From positions 544,001-608,000 of the forward strand of contig OY762209.1 in assembly GCA_963665295.1 (NCBI GenBank): a DNA stretch of 64,000 nucleotides. Reading direction: 5' to 3'. Source of the stretch: Syntrophorhabdaceae bacterium (GTDB lineage Bacteria > Desulfobacterota > Syntrophorhabdia > Syntrophorhabdales > Syntrophorhabdaceae). Below the pieces are notes generated by a model that worked only from the letters and a program-made list of their open reading frames with translations, searched no databases and was not told the origin of the DNA. Each line of letters begins with the position of its first letter. The first letter of the stretch is position 1. The translations under genes and the position numbers were made by a program. Below are positions 49,301 to 57,732 of this stretch, in pieces.

Positions 49301-50257
49301 GAACCCCCACTCGCTTCGAACGCCAAAGGCAATGTAGGAGAAGAATTCTGGGATGCATGGAAAATCGAGATGGGTTTTAATCTTGACGAAGGCCGAAACA
49401 TTATTGATGCTCTGGAAAACAAAGGCATTGAGGATCACGCTGCCTTATTAAAGATCCGGCAAAGCGAGTATCTAACTCTTGTCTGTTCCGACAAGGTTCC
49501 CGAAGACGCAGCGAGAAGATTTCTTAATCAGTTTTCGCTATCCACGAGGCCGCAGTGGGATAAACCTCCTGAGGGCTTCATCGGCAGAGATCTTTACCCG
49601 TGGCGCTATGGCCGGCGTTTATCCTTTGCAACTCGCCCTATTCTAATGTTAGATGAGACCGATGATCCCTTGCTGATTGTGGCGCCGGGTGCCCTGCGAA
49701 AGGGTTTCGCTTACGTTTTGGACGGTGCCTATAGTGGTCGACTTGAGCGGGCCTTCTTTCGCACCAATGAAATGAGGGATGCCTGGTTGGGGAAAGCACG
49801 GGAAGGTCACACCTTCAACGCTGAGGTTGGGAAGGCTCTATCAGAGGCCGGATGGCACGTCCGGGAGAATGTTGGCTTGCCCGAGCTTCTCAATCGCAAG
49901 ATTGAACGCAACTATGGAGATATTGATGTGCTTGCATGGCGACCGGATCGCGAAGAGGTATTGGTTGTTGAGTGTAAAGATTTGTCATTGGCGCGCAACT
50001 ATTCCGAGATAGCGGCTCTGCTTTCAGAGTATCAAGGCATCGAAGCGGAAGGCAGATCAGATAAGCTAAAAAAACACCTCGACCGGGTGGCGCATCTCCG
50101 CGATAATTCTGACGAACTTAAGCGATTTACGGGACTTCAAAGGCTACAGGTCATATCTTGCCTCGTGTGCAGTGGCGTGGTCCCTATGCAATATGCAAAG
50201 ATAGGCACCATCACAAATACCCGCGTCGGCAGAGTCTCCGATATTCTGAACCTCTAG
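46388..50257 (+). CDS. Large hypothetical protein with C-terminal PD-(D/E)XK (NERD-like) nuclease domain
   Basis: 1289-aa uninterrupted ORF; C-terminal GDIDVLAW...VLVVECKDL...KHLDR. Confidence 0.7.
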   Translation: MVGVIELFKGPTPIPLRPASNGGQEDKLSEEFSQSGWDKLNARFAERTRWANLSVTIEEIAKENRSLIESLNRFDPKFAIPLLASLLTLPKYQSHCIRFEILVVLAIIHCRGRKKASLNEPIRWFSQIGESQCVLGEDPAEDVFVSLVRDGKGDYRLLQGIWESAGFYTQCVLDAIETMPNTGQYEQIKKSIRALLIISDIVCKKAGLSRYQLGSDERYSTLSPQALPGRNALISRVTITFTELDEYGITPTDILPFTFHPEMRNELPMQQIGLSYLHRCPLIVHDEPRLTVALPSALSVAIRDYAIANVIESGLTETFDDALAQNYSRLFFDTPLLGGPTRAPVFWEKSGTFQWSNFSLRVDEGYFISFHVVLPSVQMHPDGGFKGVYRDGGNLAKTLQSSINGVVKHFQGQNDFKEGLVVLVLCGWGKGYTTQVVKLADPHWRLETMSSADLVRLSWLGDMSPSYFWRIQDGLEAVRKAGVEIVNPNGILNLIGWVRSNNGHFVPHAQLPEGEISPERPLILNLPLNLLREVRADSDRGYDRHSVVDNVGVQHDVQHVSPKPFFSSGSSRRVYASMDDIEKGTHTSVYEGSLKLWISLTARNFSEIEVESRLWEMANEWLRRVGDALDKRYGAIIETRNLKAYVEFHDDDIPKEGGDKPAFEDLLPCCIIEPHSEPNACKAVFQAGFVAGFRIAENVAERLFVRTVARAYLHLLGIEDCDGEAKAVEALVVPNDDARSFHLVYAQQFMDYVRDTLPKKLIAIDPVDDAASKIGLGWRVLERNQSNKIEGKDACTSFLRKIVDVLLTEIFVALQSFSRLSALMRLVANSEKANDEAYHWGRTSAALLGLHGNEPGTVDRYVEQMSKFAGANVASRILIEIGLCVCPAGGGTQLSDIELSKLIAQAALVVRIGGLSDAIYYNALAPELTISPLGDILFRNDFGLMVVEPMLAREMENRFIGSAPLQRKNYEEPPLASNAKGNVGEEFWDAWKIEMGFNLDEGRNIIDALENKGIEDHAALLKIRQSEYLTLVCSDKVPEDAARRFLNQFSLSTRPQWDKPPEGFIGRDLYPWRYGRRLSFATRPILMLDETDDPLLIVAPGALRKGFAYVLDGAYSGRLERAFFRTNEMRDAWLGKAREGHTFNAEVGKALSEAGWHVRENVGLPELLNRKIERNYGDIDVLAWRPDREEVLVVECKDLSLARNYSEIAALLSEYQGIEAEGRSDKLKKHLDRVAHLRDNSDELKRFTGLQRLQVISCLVCSGVVPMQYAKIGTITNTRVGRVSDILNL

Positions 50258-50661
50258 CTTAATTGCAGCCCCGGGCGCAATCTTTAGTTTACCGACCTCG
50301 TCGTAACTTCCGTACTGATCAGGTATTGTTTCTTACTTACGACAGTTCTCATGCTCAGCCACCAAGATAGTGGGCTGATGAAGGGTGCGCCACCGATGCC
50401 TACGCAGGCTCGATGACGCTTTCTATGCGTAATCTTCGGTTGCACCGCCATAGCCTCTTACCGCTTTGCAGGTGCACGGGCCTATTTTCGGTGTCGGCTC
50501 ATTTTGAAGAATTCGCTCAGAGGGCTCGTGCTGATGTACTTCCTGAAAGAGATTCTTTCCCTTGCTGCCCAGCATGAAAGGTTACAAGTGGTATTTATCG
50601 AGCAATTGCTGCATGCAACATAACATCGCTCTGCCGATGATATGTTGCAAATAGGCGAGGC

Positions 50662-51800
50662 TAGTGTACTGTCTCACTAATAGCTTTACAATTACCCTTG
50701 GCTATGCTATCATAGTGCATGTGGAATCCAGCCAGTACGCTAGACATGACGGAAGAGCGGAGAAAGACATTGGAAACATGGGTCAAAGCAAAGAAGACTC
50801 CCCAAAGGGTGGTTCTACGCTCCCGCATCTGCCTGCTCGCGGCAGAAGGGATGTCCCATAACGCCATAGTGAAGAGGCTCAATACCTCCCGCCCTACGGT
50901 GATATTGTGGGTAGGCAGGTTCAAAGAACAAGGTCCCTCGGGCTTATCAGAGGACGCACCCCATGGGCCGAGTTCAAGGCGCCTTAACCCGGAGATAGTG
51001 CGCACCATCGTGGAAGCCACACTCCATACAACTCCCAAAGATGCTACTCAGTGGTCCACCCGCACCATGGCAAAGGAGAAGGGCGTGAGCCATGCCACCG
51101 TGCAGCGCATCTGGGATGCCCATGGACTACAGCCCCATCGGGTAGAAACTTTCAAGCTGTCCAGAGACAAGAAGTTCGTGGAGAAACTGACCGATGTGGT
51201 GGGCGTCTATCTCAATCCTCCCGACAAAGCGGTGGTACTCTGTGTGGATGAGAAAAGCCAGGTGCAGGCCCTGGACCGGACCCAGCCGGGATTACCGATG
51301 AAGAAGGGGCGCTGCGGCACGATGACCCACGACTACAAAAGGAACGGCACTACCTGTCTTTTTGCCGCCCTCAATGTTCTGGAAGGAAAAGTCATAGGCT
51401 CCTGCTATCCCCGCCACAGAAATACCGAATTTCTTAAGTTCCTGCGTACCATAGACCGTCAGGTGCCAAAGGGCCTCGATGTCCATATGATTCTCGACAA
51501 CTACGGAACTCATACCCACCCCAATGTGAAAGCATGGCTCGAAAAACACCCCCGTTTCGTTCCCCACTTTACACCCACAAGCTCGTCGTGGCTTAACCTG
51601 GTGGAGCGCTGGTTCGGGGAGATCACACGAAAGAGAATTCGTCGCGGCATCTTCAAAAGCGTTCAGGAACTGGTGACCGCCATCGAAGAATATATTCGCT
51701 GCAACAACGAAGACCCCAAACCCTTCGTATGGACCAGGAAGGCCGAGGAGATACTTGAAAAAGTGAATCGCTGTAAAGGCGTTACTGAGACACTACACTA
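50662..51800 (+). mobile_element. IS630-family insertion sequence, complete
   Basis: Ends TAgtgtactgtctcactaa / ttactgagacactacacTA (imperfect TIR); TA duplication inside CTAG at both ends. Confidence 0.92.
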
Positions 51801-51801
51801 G
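50719..51801 (+). CDS. IS630 family transposase
   Basis: HTH; VDEKSQ, HDYKRNGT, ILDNY..H, SSWLNLVERWF (DDE). Confidence 0.95.
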   Translation: MWNPASTLDMTEERRKTLETWVKAKKTPQRVVLRSRICLLAAEGMSHNAIVKRLNTSRPTVILWVGRFKEQGPSGLSEDAPHGPSSRRLNPEIVRTIVEATLHTTPKDATQWSTRTMAKEKGVSHATVQRIWDAHGLQPHRVETFKLSRDKKFVEKLTDVVGVYLNPPDKAVVLCVDEKSQVQALDRTQPGLPMKKGRCGTMTHDYKRNGTTCLFAALNVLEGKVIGSCYPRHRNTEFLKFLRTIDRQVPKGLDVHMILDNYGTHTHPNVKAWLEKHPRFVPHFTPTSSSWLNLVERWFGEITRKRIRRGIFKSVQELVTAIEEYIRCNNEDPKPFVWTRKAEEILEKVNRCKGVTETLH

Positions 51802-51872
51802 ACTCCTGTCGTAGCGGATTGTATCTCTTTGATTTCTTACGGAATATTCTTCAAGGTCCGATCCTTTATCTG

Positions 51873-51901
51873 TTGACATTCTCTCCACCAAATACTAAGA
51901 T
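51873..51901 (+). promoter_or_regulatory. Strong sigma-70 promoter reading into the cassette array (Pc-like)
   Basis: TTGACA-17 nt-TAAGAT. Confidence 0.7.
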
Positions 51902-51914
51902 TTCCACAAATTAC

Positions 51915-51940
51915 ATACTGCGGTAGATTAATTGTTAGGC
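51915..51940 (+). other. attI-like site: crossover core GTTAGGC at the start of cassette 1
   Basis: GTTAGGC (51934-51940) is the exact complement of the attC R'' box GCCTAAC; no attC hairpin precedes it. Confidence 0.6.
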
Positions 51941-51958
51941 GCAAGCATGTAGGAACCA

Positions 51959-52243
51959 ATGAAGGCTAAGATTGACGCACTGCAAGTCACCAGTCAACCG
52001 CTCACCGGCAATTGTTCGGGGGTATATTTCTTATTCGATGAACACGAATTGGTCTACGTCGGTCAGGGCTGGAATTGTTTCTTGCGTGTGGCCGAGCATA
52101 CGAGAAGGGATTCAGACAAAATCTTCACGAATTGGAACTTCATCAAAATTAAAAGTGAAAAAGAAAGAAAACAATTTGAACAAGAAGTAATAAACAGATT
52201 CAAGCCCAAATATAACAAGGTCCATATGGGAGACGGTTCATGA
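51959..52243 (+). CDS. Minimal stand-alone GIY-YIG nuclease (cassette 1, gene 1)
   Basis: SGVYFL..ELVYVGQ...RVAEH...FEQEVINRFKPKYN contains the GIY, YIG, Arg, Glu and Asn positions. Confidence 0.8.
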   Translation: MKAKIDALQVTSQPLTGNCSGVYFLFDEHELVYVGQGWNCFLRVAEHTRRDSDKIFTNWNFIKIKSEKERKQFEQEVINRFKPKYNKVHMGDGS

Positions 52244-52434
52244 TTAACACCGGCAAGGCGTGTTCAATCTGTGGTAAGTGGCACCGTTTAGAAGAATATA
52301 CATACGGCAACCGAGAGAACAGATCTTACTGCAAGACATGCAACAAAGAAGAAAAGAAGGCATATGGAAAAGGCGGCGCACAAGCAGCTAGAGAATATAG
52401 AGAAAATGAAAGAAGTAAATGGAAAAGGGCCTAA
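52240..52434 (+). CDS. Small basic CxxC-x19-CxxC zinc-finger protein (cassette 1, gene 2)
   Basis: CSIC...CKTC; ATGA overlap with the GIY-YIG gene; stop TAA lies inside attC R''. Confidence 0.7.
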   Translation: MINTGKACSICGKWHRLEEYTYGNRENRSYCKTCNKEEKKAYGKGGAQAAREYRENERSKWKRA

Positions 52435-52489
52435 CAATCGGCTGCACCGAATCCAGGCTATGCCCGTCTCGGTGAGCCGCATGTTAGCT
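52429..52489 (+). other. Integron attC site (61 bp)
   Basis: R'' GCCTAAC, 5 nt, L'' GCT[G]CACC ... L' GGTGAGC, 5 nt, R' GTTAGCT. Confidence 0.88.
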
Positions 52490-52517
52490 CCACAAAGATG
52501 AAACTGAAGAGGCGACC

Positions 52518-53612
52518 ATGAAAGAAAATCTGATGAATGCGATCAAAGAAATTAGAAACGACGGTTCTCTGTTGATCTTGGATGAAGCATCAATCAAGTC
52601 GGCTATCATACTCCGCCTTCTTTCGTTGCTGGGGTGGAATCCTTTCGACATTAACCAAGTTAAACCCGAGTATACCGTAGAATCCAAACGGGTAGATTTC
52701 TCCTTAAGAATAAATGGTGCAAACAAGGCTTTCATAGAAGTGAAGCGACCGAGTGAAAACCTTGAGCCACATCAGGAACAGCTTCTGGGATACTCATTCA
52801 GGGAAGGAGTTAAGATCGCAATTCTAACAAACGGAGTTACCTGGTGGTTCTATCTCCCGTTAAACGAGGGCAGTTGGGAACAGCGACGATTCTTTACTGC
52901 TGATTTTACGGAACAACCACTCGAATCGATAGCTGACCGATTCATTGCTTTGCTGTCAAAAGATCATATCGCGACGGGTGACGCGGTAAAAAATGCCGAA
53001 GGCCTATATCAAAGTCGCCAAAGAAAAGGCATTCTGAAAGAAGCCTTGCCTAAGGCGTGGCATAAATTAATTAATGATCCAGACGATCTCTTGGTTGATC
53101 TCTTGATAGAAACCACCGAAAAACTGTCTGGGTTTCGCCCAGAAATAGAAGATGTTGAGAGATTCTTAGGCAGTATTGCCCATCCTGCATTTCCAAAGCC
53201 TGGAACCCCTCTTTCTCCCGCGCCTCCGAAGCCGTATCAACCCCCGAGGCCGGGAGTTTCTGAATCATCTACCGATGGCTATATCAACAAACAGATCGTG
53301 GCATTTACACTACTCGGAAAAACATATCGTCCTCGTAATTGGAAAGAACTTATGGTCACTGTCGCTGAGGAAATGTACCGGAGGCATCCTGCGGACTTTG
53401 AACGTGCGCTTATGCTTCGTGGTCCCAAGATGGCCTATTACGCACTTCATGCCAATCAATTGAGTCAACCATCACAAATTTCCGATTCGAAATACTTTGT
53501 AGAGACAAAACTGAACACAAACTCAATAGTAAGGCGATGCCACGGATTGCTGTCACTTTTCGGATATAGTGATACTGATTTAAGCATAGAGGTAGATGAA
53601 AAGAGAACATGA
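52518..53612 (+). CDS. HsdR_N-type PD-(D/E)XK nuclease fused to a SeqA-like C-terminal domain (cassette 2)
   Basis: LGWNPFD...PEY...RVDF...FIEVKR...QL..Y...ILTNG..W; Pro-rich linker; C-terminus LRGPKMAYYA...PSQISDSKYFVETKLN. Confidence 0.8.
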   Translation: MKENLMNAIKEIRNDGSLLILDEASIKSAIILRLLSLLGWNPFDINQVKPEYTVESKRVDFSLRINGANKAFIEVKRPSENLEPHQEQLLGYSFREGVKIAILTNGVTWWFYLPLNEGSWEQRRFFTADFTEQPLESIADRFIALLSKDHIATGDAVKNAEGLYQSRQRKGILKEALPKAWHKLINDPDDLLVDLLIETTEKLSGFRPEIEDVERFLGSIAHPAFPKPGTPLSPAPPKPYQPPRPGVSESSTDGYINKQIVAFTLLGKTYRPRNWKELMVTVAEEMYRRHPADFERALMLRGPKMAYYALHANQLSQPSQISDSKYFVETKLNTNSIVRRCHGLLSLFGYSDTDLSIEVDEKRT

Positions 53613-53682
53613 GCTAACCCGTCGCTACCTTTAGCCGGATCGCGGCCCTGTCGGGCTGCTCTGGCTGATCCTATTGTTGTCG
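53612..53682 (+). other. Degenerate or hybrid attC site closing cassette 2
   Basis: R'' (G)AGCTAAC complements the cassette-start GTTAGCT(C); internal hairpin; L'-like GCTGATC, 5 nt, GTTGTCG. Confidence 0.6.
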
Positions 53683-54398
53683 CTCTTTTAATCGGTAATG
53701 GTTGTTTTTGCGGAACCGCTCACATTCACACTTTGTAGGTGTACGCGAGAAAATCCAATCCGATAATGCAGGCGCAATAATCATTAGTTTTTTCCGCATG
53801 CTTTTGTCATTATCTAACCCACTAACGAGATTACACTTATTTCCCGCGCGTTTGAGAGGGTTCTTTACGCAGTCCGGATATCGTACCTGTCACAGCTTTT
53901 TTGTGGTAATGGTGGACGGAAGGCAAAGCCCCCCTGTAGACTTGTGGAGCCAGCCCTCCCGGTGTTGCCCTGGACGTGCTATTCAGATCGCCACCGGCAG
54001 TTATCATTGTGGATTATCTTCCTTCCTGGTGCCAATTTCCCGGCATCCTCTATTTCAATAATTAATTATGCCGGGTCGTGTGGATGGCCGCAGGGGGTGA
54101 AGGCTTCAGGTTCGTTGCTCTGTGAAGGTTCGTGGGGCGTCGGCGTATTAAATATACGCCAGAGCACGCGTACCTTTGCAGAGCGGCGGAGATGGAGTCT
54201 TCACCCCCTGCGGCCATCCGTCCAAGTGAACATAAAGCCAAACAGACAACACAAACCGCGAACAGACGAGAGCCATCCCCGCAAAACCCCGACACTCTCC
54301 CTTCCTCTCTCCCGCTCACGCCCCACGCTCACGCCCCACGCTCACGCTCGGTTAATGCTTGACTCTCTTACTGCCCGCCGTGGTATCATAAGGACGCT

Positions 54399-55364
54399 AT
54401 GGGATTGACACACATTACCGACGGGCGGGTTAAGCTTATTATGGTCGGGGGGAAAGGCGGGGTGGGGAAGACTACCTGCGCGGCGGCCATTGCCCTGAAG
54501 ATCGCCATGGACGGGAAGAAGGTGCTTGTCATTTCCAGCGACCCCGCTCCCTCTCTGTCAGACATCTTCGAAGTCGCCATCGGCAATGACGAGGTGCGCA
54601 TTACCGGCGACTACGAGCTTTACGGCCTGGAAATCTCCTCCGACGCGGTGCTCAGGAAGTGGAAAGAGCGCTTCGGGCCCGAGATCTACGAGGTGGTCCG
54701 GTCCTTCGCGGACGTAGACTACGATTTCGTCGACTACATCGGGACCGCGCCCGGCATCGAAGAAGAGTACATGCTCAACTACATCATGGAACTCGTGCAG
54801 GGCGGCGCCTACGACGTGGTGGTATGGGACACGGCGCCCGCAGGGCACACCTTGCGCCTCCTCAGGCTCCCCCACCTCTTTCTCAAGCACATGGAAGCGG
54901 CCACGAAGTTCTACATGAACATATACGGCTACCTGGAGAAGCTGAAGGACACGGTGAAACTCAAGGGGTCGAAGAGAACGCTCCTCGAGGTGATCGGCAG
55001 CTGGGAGGCCCTTTCGGAACAGATCGTGGCCTTCATACGGGACCATGAGATCACCAAGTATGTAATCGTCACCATCCCCGAGGCCCTCGGCGTGAAGCTT
55101 ACCGAGAGGGTGATAAAAGAATTCGAGGAAAACCGGCTTACCGTGGAAAATATCATTATCAACCACGTGGTGAAGGACGCGGACTGCGAGTTCCACAGGA
55201 CACGCAAGGCCATGCAGGAGCACTACATGGGGTCGATCAGGGACACCTATAAGGGATCGAGTATCGTCACTCTCTACCTCGCGGCTAAGGAGATACGAGG
55301 CCTGGCAAGGATAATGGAGGTCTCGAAGGTCCTCTTTTCCCCGGAGGAAGGACCGGGGGCGTGA
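54399..55364 (+). CDS. ArsA/GET3 family ATPase (single domain)
   Basis: GKGGVGKTT, SSDPAPSLSD, PGIEE, DTAPAGHTLRLL, IPE. Confidence 0.9.
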   Translation: MGLTHITDGRVKLIMVGGKGGVGKTTCAAAIALKIAMDGKKVLVISSDPAPSLSDIFEVAIGNDEVRITGDYELYGLEISSDAVLRKWKERFGPEIYEVVRSFADVDYDFVDYIGTAPGIEEEYMLNYIMELVQGGAYDVVVWDTAPAGHTLRLLRLPHLFLKHMEAATKFYMNIYGYLEKLKDTVKLKGSKRTLLEVIGSWEALSEQIVAFIRDHEITKYVIVTIPEALGVKLTERVIKEFEENRLTVENIIINHVVKDADCEFHRTRKAMQEHYMGSIRDTYKGSSIVTLYLAAKEIRGLARIMEVSKVLFSPEEGPGA

Positions 55365-55948
55365 AGACCGGGGGCGTGAGGAAAATAAAGGTCACCGGGG
55401 GCTATCTCAGGTCCAGGAGCATCGAAATCCTCGAAAACGACATAGCGCGGTACACCCCCTCCAAGGTACGGCAGGCAATATTCAACATAATCGGCGACGT
55501 GGAAGGGAAACGGGTCCTCGACATTTTTGCGGGCTCCGGCTCCTTTGCCATCGAGGCATTGAGCAGGGGCGCAGCCTTTGCAACGTGCGTCGAGAAAGAC
55601 AGGGAAATGTGCGCCCTCATCCGGCGGAACCTTGAATCTCTCGGCCTCTCTCCCGTCTGTGAAATACTTAACATGGATGCGGAGCGCGCAGTGCCTTTTC
55701 TTTATAAAAAGGCGGCCAAGTATGATATAATTTTCATGGACCCTCCGTACAACAGGGGGTATATAGCGGCAATTACATCGCTCTTTGAAGAAGCGGTGAT
55801 TTACGAAAGCGATACGGTCTTCGTAATAGAGCATTCGAAGAGAGAACCATGTGACGCTCCCGGATCCGGGGGGAAGGAGCGCACCTTGACAAAACAATAT
55901 GGCGACACGTGCATTACCACATATGAGCTGCAACACGATCTCACTTAA
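55361..55948 (+). CDS. rsmD: 16S rRNA m2G966 methyltransferase
   Basis: VRQAIFN, LDIFAGSG, EALSRGA, FMDPPY, YGDT; adjacent to coaD. Confidence 0.9.
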   Translation: MKTGGVRKIKVTGGYLRSRSIEILENDIARYTPSKVRQAIFNIIGDVEGKRVLDIFAGSGSFAIEALSRGAAFATCVEKDREMCALIRRNLESLGLSPVCEILNMDAERAVPFLYKKAAKYDIIFMDPPYNRGYIAAITSLFEEAVIYESDTVFVIEHSKREPCDAPGSGGKERTLTKQYGDTCITTYELQHDLT

Positions 55949-55959
55949 AGGAGTCCCCG

Positions 55960-56448
55960 ATGAAACGCAAAGTGGCAGTGTATCCCGGTTCTTTTGACCC
56001 CATCACCAACGGGCACCTCGATATCCTCAACAGAGGGCTCGAGCTTTTCGACAAAGTCATAGTGGCAGTTGCGTATAATATTGAAAAGAAGGCGCTCTTT
56101 TCCGTCGAGGAGCGGATGGAACTGATCAAGCTGTCCGTGGACGGCAACGAGAACGTGCTCGTGGACAACTTCAACGGTCTCCTGGTCAATTATGTGAAGA
56201 AGGTGGACGCGAAATTCGTGATCAGGGGCCTCCGGGCCATGAGCGACTTCGAGTACGAATTTCAGATGGCTTCCATGAACAGGAACTTAAATAAAGACAT
56301 GGACACCTTGTTTATGATGACCAGCAAGGATTATTATTTTATTAGTTCCAGAACGATCAAGGAGGTCCAGCAATTCGGCGGTTCCGTGAAAGGGCTCGTG
56401 CCCCCCATAGTGGAGACAAGATTGAAAGAGAAGTTTTCCCTGAAATGA
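55960..56448 (+). CDS. coaD: Pantetheine-phosphate adenylyltransferase
   Basis: YPGSFDPITNGH, RGLRAMSDFEYE, ISS. Confidence 0.97.
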   Translation: MKRKVAVYPGSFDPITNGHLDILNRGLELFDKVIVAVAYNIEKKALFSVEERMELIKLSVDGNENVLVDNFNGLLVNYVKKVDAKFVIRGLRAMSDFEYEFQMASMNRNLNKDMDTLFMMTSKDYYFISSRTIKEVQQFGGSVKGLVPPIVETRLKEKFSLK

Positions 56449-57731
56449 AAAAGGCCTTCCTGCCGGTCATTCTCCTGGCTCTCCTTGCGCTTTTCGCGTT
56501 CCGGGCCGAGGCAGGGGATGTATATGTGGCGAAGGTCCAGGGTGTCATAGGCCCTGCCACGGCAGGATTCATATCGGATTCGATCGCGAAAAGCGAGGAA
56601 AAGGGCGCGGAGGCGCTCGTCATACTCCTCGACACCCCCGGCGGCCTCGACACGGCCATGAGGGACATCGTAAAAGACATCATGGAGGCGAAAGTCCCCG
56701 TCATAACCTACGTCTATCCCTCCGGCGCGCGCGCCGCGTCCGCGGGATGTGTCATCCTTCTCGCCTCCCATGTGGCGGCAATGGCCCCCGGCACGAACGT
56801 GGGCGCAGCCCATCCCGTAACCATAGGCAAGGACAAACCGGACAAGGTAATGATGGAGAAGGTCCTCAAGGACGCCGAGGCCTACGTGCGGAGCATTGCG
56901 AAAAAACGGGGCCGGAACGAGGAATGGGCGGCAAAGGCGGTGACCGAGAGCGCGTCCATTCAGGCGAGCGTTGCCCTCAAACTGAAGGTTATCGATGTGG
57001 TGGCCGCCAATGTTGACGAACTGTTGAAAAGCATAGACGGCAAGACCGTGGACACAAAAAAGGGTGCGGTCCTCCTCAGGACGGCGGGAGCGAAGAAGAT
57101 TGAGATAGAAACACCCTTCAAATACAGGTTTCTCGGCTTTATAAGCGATCCCAACGTAGCCTACATCCTTATGATGATCGGCATTTACGGGATACTCTTC
57201 GAGATTTACAATCCCGGGGCCGTTTTTCCCGGCGTAATAGGAGGGATATCCCTCATCCTCGCTCTCTACTCCTTCCAGGCCATACCGATCAGCTATGCCG
57301 GGGCGTTCCTCATACTTCTCGGCATCATATTCTTTGTCCTCGAAGTGAAGATCGTGAGCCACGGGGTGCTTGGTATTGCAGGCATAATAGCTATTGTGAT
57401 AGGCTCTATTATGCTTGTTGACCTCCCGTCCGGAAGCATGCTCTCCATTTCCTGGAAGTCCATCCTGGCGGTGGCGGTGATTTCGGCCCTTTTCGTCTTC
57501 GGTGTACTCTCCTTTGCGATCAAGGCGCAAATGTCGAAGGTGAAGACAGGCGAAGAAGGGCTCACCGGAGAGGAAGGGATTGCCCGGACCGATGTTCTCG
57601 AGACCGGAAAGGTCTTTTTGCACGGTGAACTATGGAATGCAGTGAGTGATGAGCCAATAAAGGCGGGTGAGAAGGTCGTGGTTTCCGGCGTAAAAGGCCT
57701 GACTTTGAGAGTCGGGAGAAAGGGGGTTTAG
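56445..57731 (+). CDS. nfeD: NfeD family membrane-bound serine protease
   Basis: [20 protein letters not shown] block, C-terminal GELWNA OB domain; adjacent to slipin. Confidence 0.92.
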   Translation: MKKAFLPVILLALLALFAFRAEAGDVYVAKVQGVIGPATAGFISDSIAKSEEKGAEALVILLDTPGGLDTAMRDIVKDIMEAKVPVITYVYPSGARAASAGCVILLASHVAAMAPGTNVGAAHPVTIGKDKPDKVMMEKVLKDAEAYVRSIAKKRGRNEEWAAKAVTESASIQASVALKLKVIDVVAANVDELLKSIDGKTVDTKKGAVLLRTAGAKKIEIETPFKYRFLGFISDPNVAYILMMIGIYGILFEIYNPGAVFPGVIGGISLILALYSFQAIPISYAGAFLILLGIIFFVLEVKIVSHGVLGIAGIIAIVIGSIMLVDLPSGSMLSISWKSILAVAVISALFVFGVLSFAIKAQMSKVKTGEEGLTGEEGIARTDVLETGKVFLHGELWNAVSDEPIKAGEKVVVSGVKGLTLRVGRKGV

Positions 57732-57732
57732 C

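Noticed and set aside
52518..53612. Type I restriction-modification system
   Set aside because: Only the HsdR N-terminal nuclease domain is present; no helicase motifs and no hsdM/hsdS in the window.
54312..54349. Short tandem repeat (cgctcacgcccca)x2 + cgctcacgctc
   Set aside because: Low-complexity, only 2-3 units and no spacers; not CRISPR and no function supportable.
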